Below, in pieces: positions 61,467 to 64,000 of a stretch of 64,000 nucleotides of DNA. The stretch spans positions 295,259,765-295,323,764 of the forward strand of contig NC_133620.1 in the NCBI RefSeq assembly GCF_048593235.1. The letters run 5' to 3'. Source of the DNA: Sminthopsis crassicaudata. Taxonomy: Eukaryota. The translations under genes were made by a program, and so were the position numbers. Each line of letters opens with the position of its first letter. Position 1 is the stretch's first letter. The notes under the pieces are model-generated. The model searched no databases. It worked only from the letters and a program-made list of their open reading frames with translations, and was not told where the DNA came from.

Positions 61467-62948
61467 GTAAGAGCCTTGGCCTCTTGCCGGCCTCCCCACC
61501 CCGCGCCAGGGGGCGCCGGTCCGCCTTGCCTGCCCCCGCGGCGGAACCCCGCCGCAGAACCCCGCGGCGCCCCACCTCTCCCTCCCGGCACTCCCTTCCT
61601 TCTCTTCTTCCTCCGCCCCCTCTCCCGCGGTAGGGGGCGCCGCTCGGCACAGTCCCCCAACGGCCACCTCTCCCGCTCCGCCTGCTGGGGGACCTGTGGC
61701 TTCCGAGCCTCCTCCTGCCCCTGGAGGGGGAGGGCGTCTCTCCCCACCCGGCTGCACCTGGGAGTCCCTGGAGGAAGCGCGAACTTCCTTGACCTCGGCT
61801 TTGGCCGCATCCCTGCTAGAGGGCCTTCACCTGGCGGGCACCTTGCACTGGTGTTCCACGATGGCACCCACGGGGGCGCGCGCCCACACACACACACACA
61901 CACGCTCTGCCACGGTCGGGTCTTGTCACCCTTCCCCAGCCCCGCGCAGCTCGGGGACCATTGCCCCAGCCCCGTTACCCCAGCCCAGTCCGAGCCGAGA
62001 TCTCCCGGCCGCCTCCCCTCGCTTCTCGGAAAGGTGGGGCTCTGGCCCTTAGTGGAGAGTCTGGTGAGACGTGAAGCCAAGGCTGCTCCTGTGCGGGATG
62101 GGAGGTTCCGTTTGGGATGGGACAGAGCAGCCAGGCTGTGGGAAAGAGACGGCGCGAGGTCTGGGAGGCAGCGCGGAGGAGCTGAACGAGTCCCAGCATC
62201 TCTCCAGGGCTCCAGTGGCATTTGAGAAAGTCTTCAGTGAGGTCCTTCATTTAGAAACTGCAAAAGGAGGGGACATTGTCGGAGGCACCGAAGTATTCTA
62301 CCCTCAGCTTCTCCCTGTCCAGAGGTCCAACATTCAGGTCCCCAGACCATTCTTCGGGACATTTTCTGCTTCAGGGTTATATGGCCCCCAAAGGCCCGGG
62401 TTTTCTCAGTCTTGTGAAGGACACAATTCTGGTTTATTTCCCCCACTTCCCTTAGCCCTCATGTTTAGTTGCCATCCCCTGGCTCTTTACAATGCAGTGG
62501 AAAGGGGGCTGGCTTGAAAGACACTCTGTCAGGAACTGGCTAGTTTAACATGCCTCTTCAGGCCTCAGTAATTTCAACTAGAAAATGAGGGAGTTTTAGA
62601 TTTCTGAAGTCTTTTCTAGCTCTAAATCTGTTTCTCTATAACTTAGTTCCCTTATCCTTATCCTCCAAGTTATCCCTTTTTTTATACAGTTTGGTTCCCA
62701 TTCCAAATCTTTCTGTTTTTCCAGTCCTCTCTATATTCCTTTCCTGAAGCTATTCTTCAGAACTCTCCACCCCCAGTCTTTCCCCCTCAAGAACTACAAC
62801 TTCCCAAGGACTGTGTTCTTTTCTTTGGTGGGGTAAGAAGGAGGAAGATGCTGAGTATGAGCCCGCTTTATCTTCTTCCAGGACATATGTTTCCTCTTCC
62901 TGGCCCATCAGGCAGAGGGTGACCTTGTCATTTGGAGCTACCTTCACC

Positions 62949-62979
62949 ATGAATAACAAGGATACCACTGAAGTTGCTG
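62949..62979 (+). CDS. CAMTA2: CAMTA2 first coding exon portion
   Basis: ttcaccATG; MNNKDTTEVA; donor gtgagt; 31 nt. Confidence 0.93.
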
Positions 62980-63128
62980 GTGAGTTCTCTGTTGCTCTCC
63001 CTCTCTCCCCGCCCAATGCACCAGCTTTCAAAATTTTAGGGTTGAAAGGAACTTTGTCAGTCCTTTAGATTCATTTTTCTCATTCTCTAGTAAGAGGACA
63101 TTGACTCCTATTTTCCGATTCTTTTCAG

Positions 63129-63232
63129 AGAACAGCCATCACCTGAAGATCTTTCTCCCCAAAAAGTTATTGGAATGTCTTCCCAGATGCCCCCTACTGC
63201 CTCCTGAACGGCTACGATGGAACACAAATGAG
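63129..63232 (+). CDS. CAMTA2: CAMTA2 second coding exon (start of the CG-1 domain region)
   Basis: ENSHHLKIFLPKKLLECLPRCPLLPPERLRWNTNE; ttttcag acceptor; donor gttccc; 104 nt, in phase with the previous exon. The gene continues beyond the window. Confidence 0.95.
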
Positions 63233-63368
63233 GTTCCCAAGGATGCTATATAGACAAGGGTGGGAGGAAAGGCTTTTGTCCTTGATATAGAAGGCCTGAT
63301 ATAGGTCAGAAGAGGGGAATGGCTTAATTTTGTTTTTGACAGGTATGTGTGTCTTGGTATCCATACAC

Positions 63369-63559
63369 CAGTGGTCCTCAAACTTTTTAAACAGGGGCCA
63401 GTTCACTGTCCCTGAGACTGTGGGAGGGCCGGACTATAGTAAAAAAAAAACCTCACACTCTGTCTCCGCCCCTCAGCCCATTTGCCATAACCCATCCGCC
63501 TGCATAAACATCATCAGTGGGCCGCATCTGGCCTGCAGGCCATAGTTTGAGAACCCCTG
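63369..63559 (+). mobile_element. OC1 (OposCharlie1)-like non-autonomous hAT MITE, copy 2
   Basis: 16-bp TIRs cagtggtcctcaaact/agtttgagaacccctg; 8-bp TSD ccatacac/ccatatat; 191 bp. Confidence 0.85.
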
Positions 63560-64000
63560 CCATATATCAATCAGCAATTAAGTGATTAACCACCTACAGC
63601 ACTTAGGGCACCCTATCAAGCTTATAGTTAGCTAAAGAAACAACTAACTAAAATTAAAAACTAAAATTTTATTTCAGTTATATAACTATACCATAAACTC
63701 CTTGAAGGCAGGAACCCTCAACTATCCAATGTAGTACTGTGAGTACCATGAAGATAAAAGAACTCAAAAACTCTTCATTGGTTTGATGGGTTGATTTGGT
63801 ATAAAAACATAATTTAGTTATCCATAGTTGATCAGTGTCAATAATACAGATAATAGGTGCTATGGGGTATCACAGGATGGAGAGATGGTTGTAATTTGGG
63901 CTGGTGAGGGAAAGGCAACGTGGTGTAATTAAAAGAATACTATATTTGTACACAGAAGCTCTGGGTTTACGAGCCTTGGTTTATTCATTTATAAAATGAC

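Larger units (their letters stand above)
61330..62200. promoter_or_regulatory. CpG island / CAMTA2 promoter and first intron
   Basis: GC/CpG-rich block with a GC-box (cccgccc, about 61340) and a YY1-like AATGGCCG (about 61432). Confidence 0.85.

Noticed and set aside
61347-62517. Long overlapping ORFs (up to 276 aa) in the CAMTA2 CpG island
   Set aside because: Same GC artefact; the real CAMTA2 coding sequence starts at 62949
61433-62948. Exon-1 ATG as an in-frame N-terminal extension of CAMTA2
   Set aside because: With either visible acceptor (62882 or 62912) it is out of frame and stops at 62922, so it is treated as a uORF

Overview
Mammalian genomic DNA. The repeat content (WSINE1-type SINEs, MAR1, marsupial L1 3' ends, OC1-like hAT MITEs) points to a marsupial, most likely a dasyurid. 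The window holds the complete KIF1C kinesin-3 gene on the minus strand. I mapped 21 coding exons with GT-AG boundaries and consistent phases (3306 nt, 1101 aa plus stop), two probable non-coding 5' exons and a CpG-island promoter near 43.3 kb. The 5' end of CAMTA2 is on the plus strand (CpG island and CRE near 61.4 kb, first two coding exons). Between them, where human and mouse have INCA1, there are three plus-strand segments with INCA1-like peptide motifs. They carry a frameshift and in-frame stops, so INCA1 looks like a decayed unitary pseudogene here; this is the most interesting result. A fourth, unexplained codon-biased terminal-exon-like segment lies at 60.4 kb. The rest is dense, nested L1, LTR, SINE, L2 and MIR sequence, including two OC1-like MITEs, a family known for horizontal transfer. 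All homology calls rest on recalled sequences, not database searches. No RNA genes or CRISPR arrays were seen.
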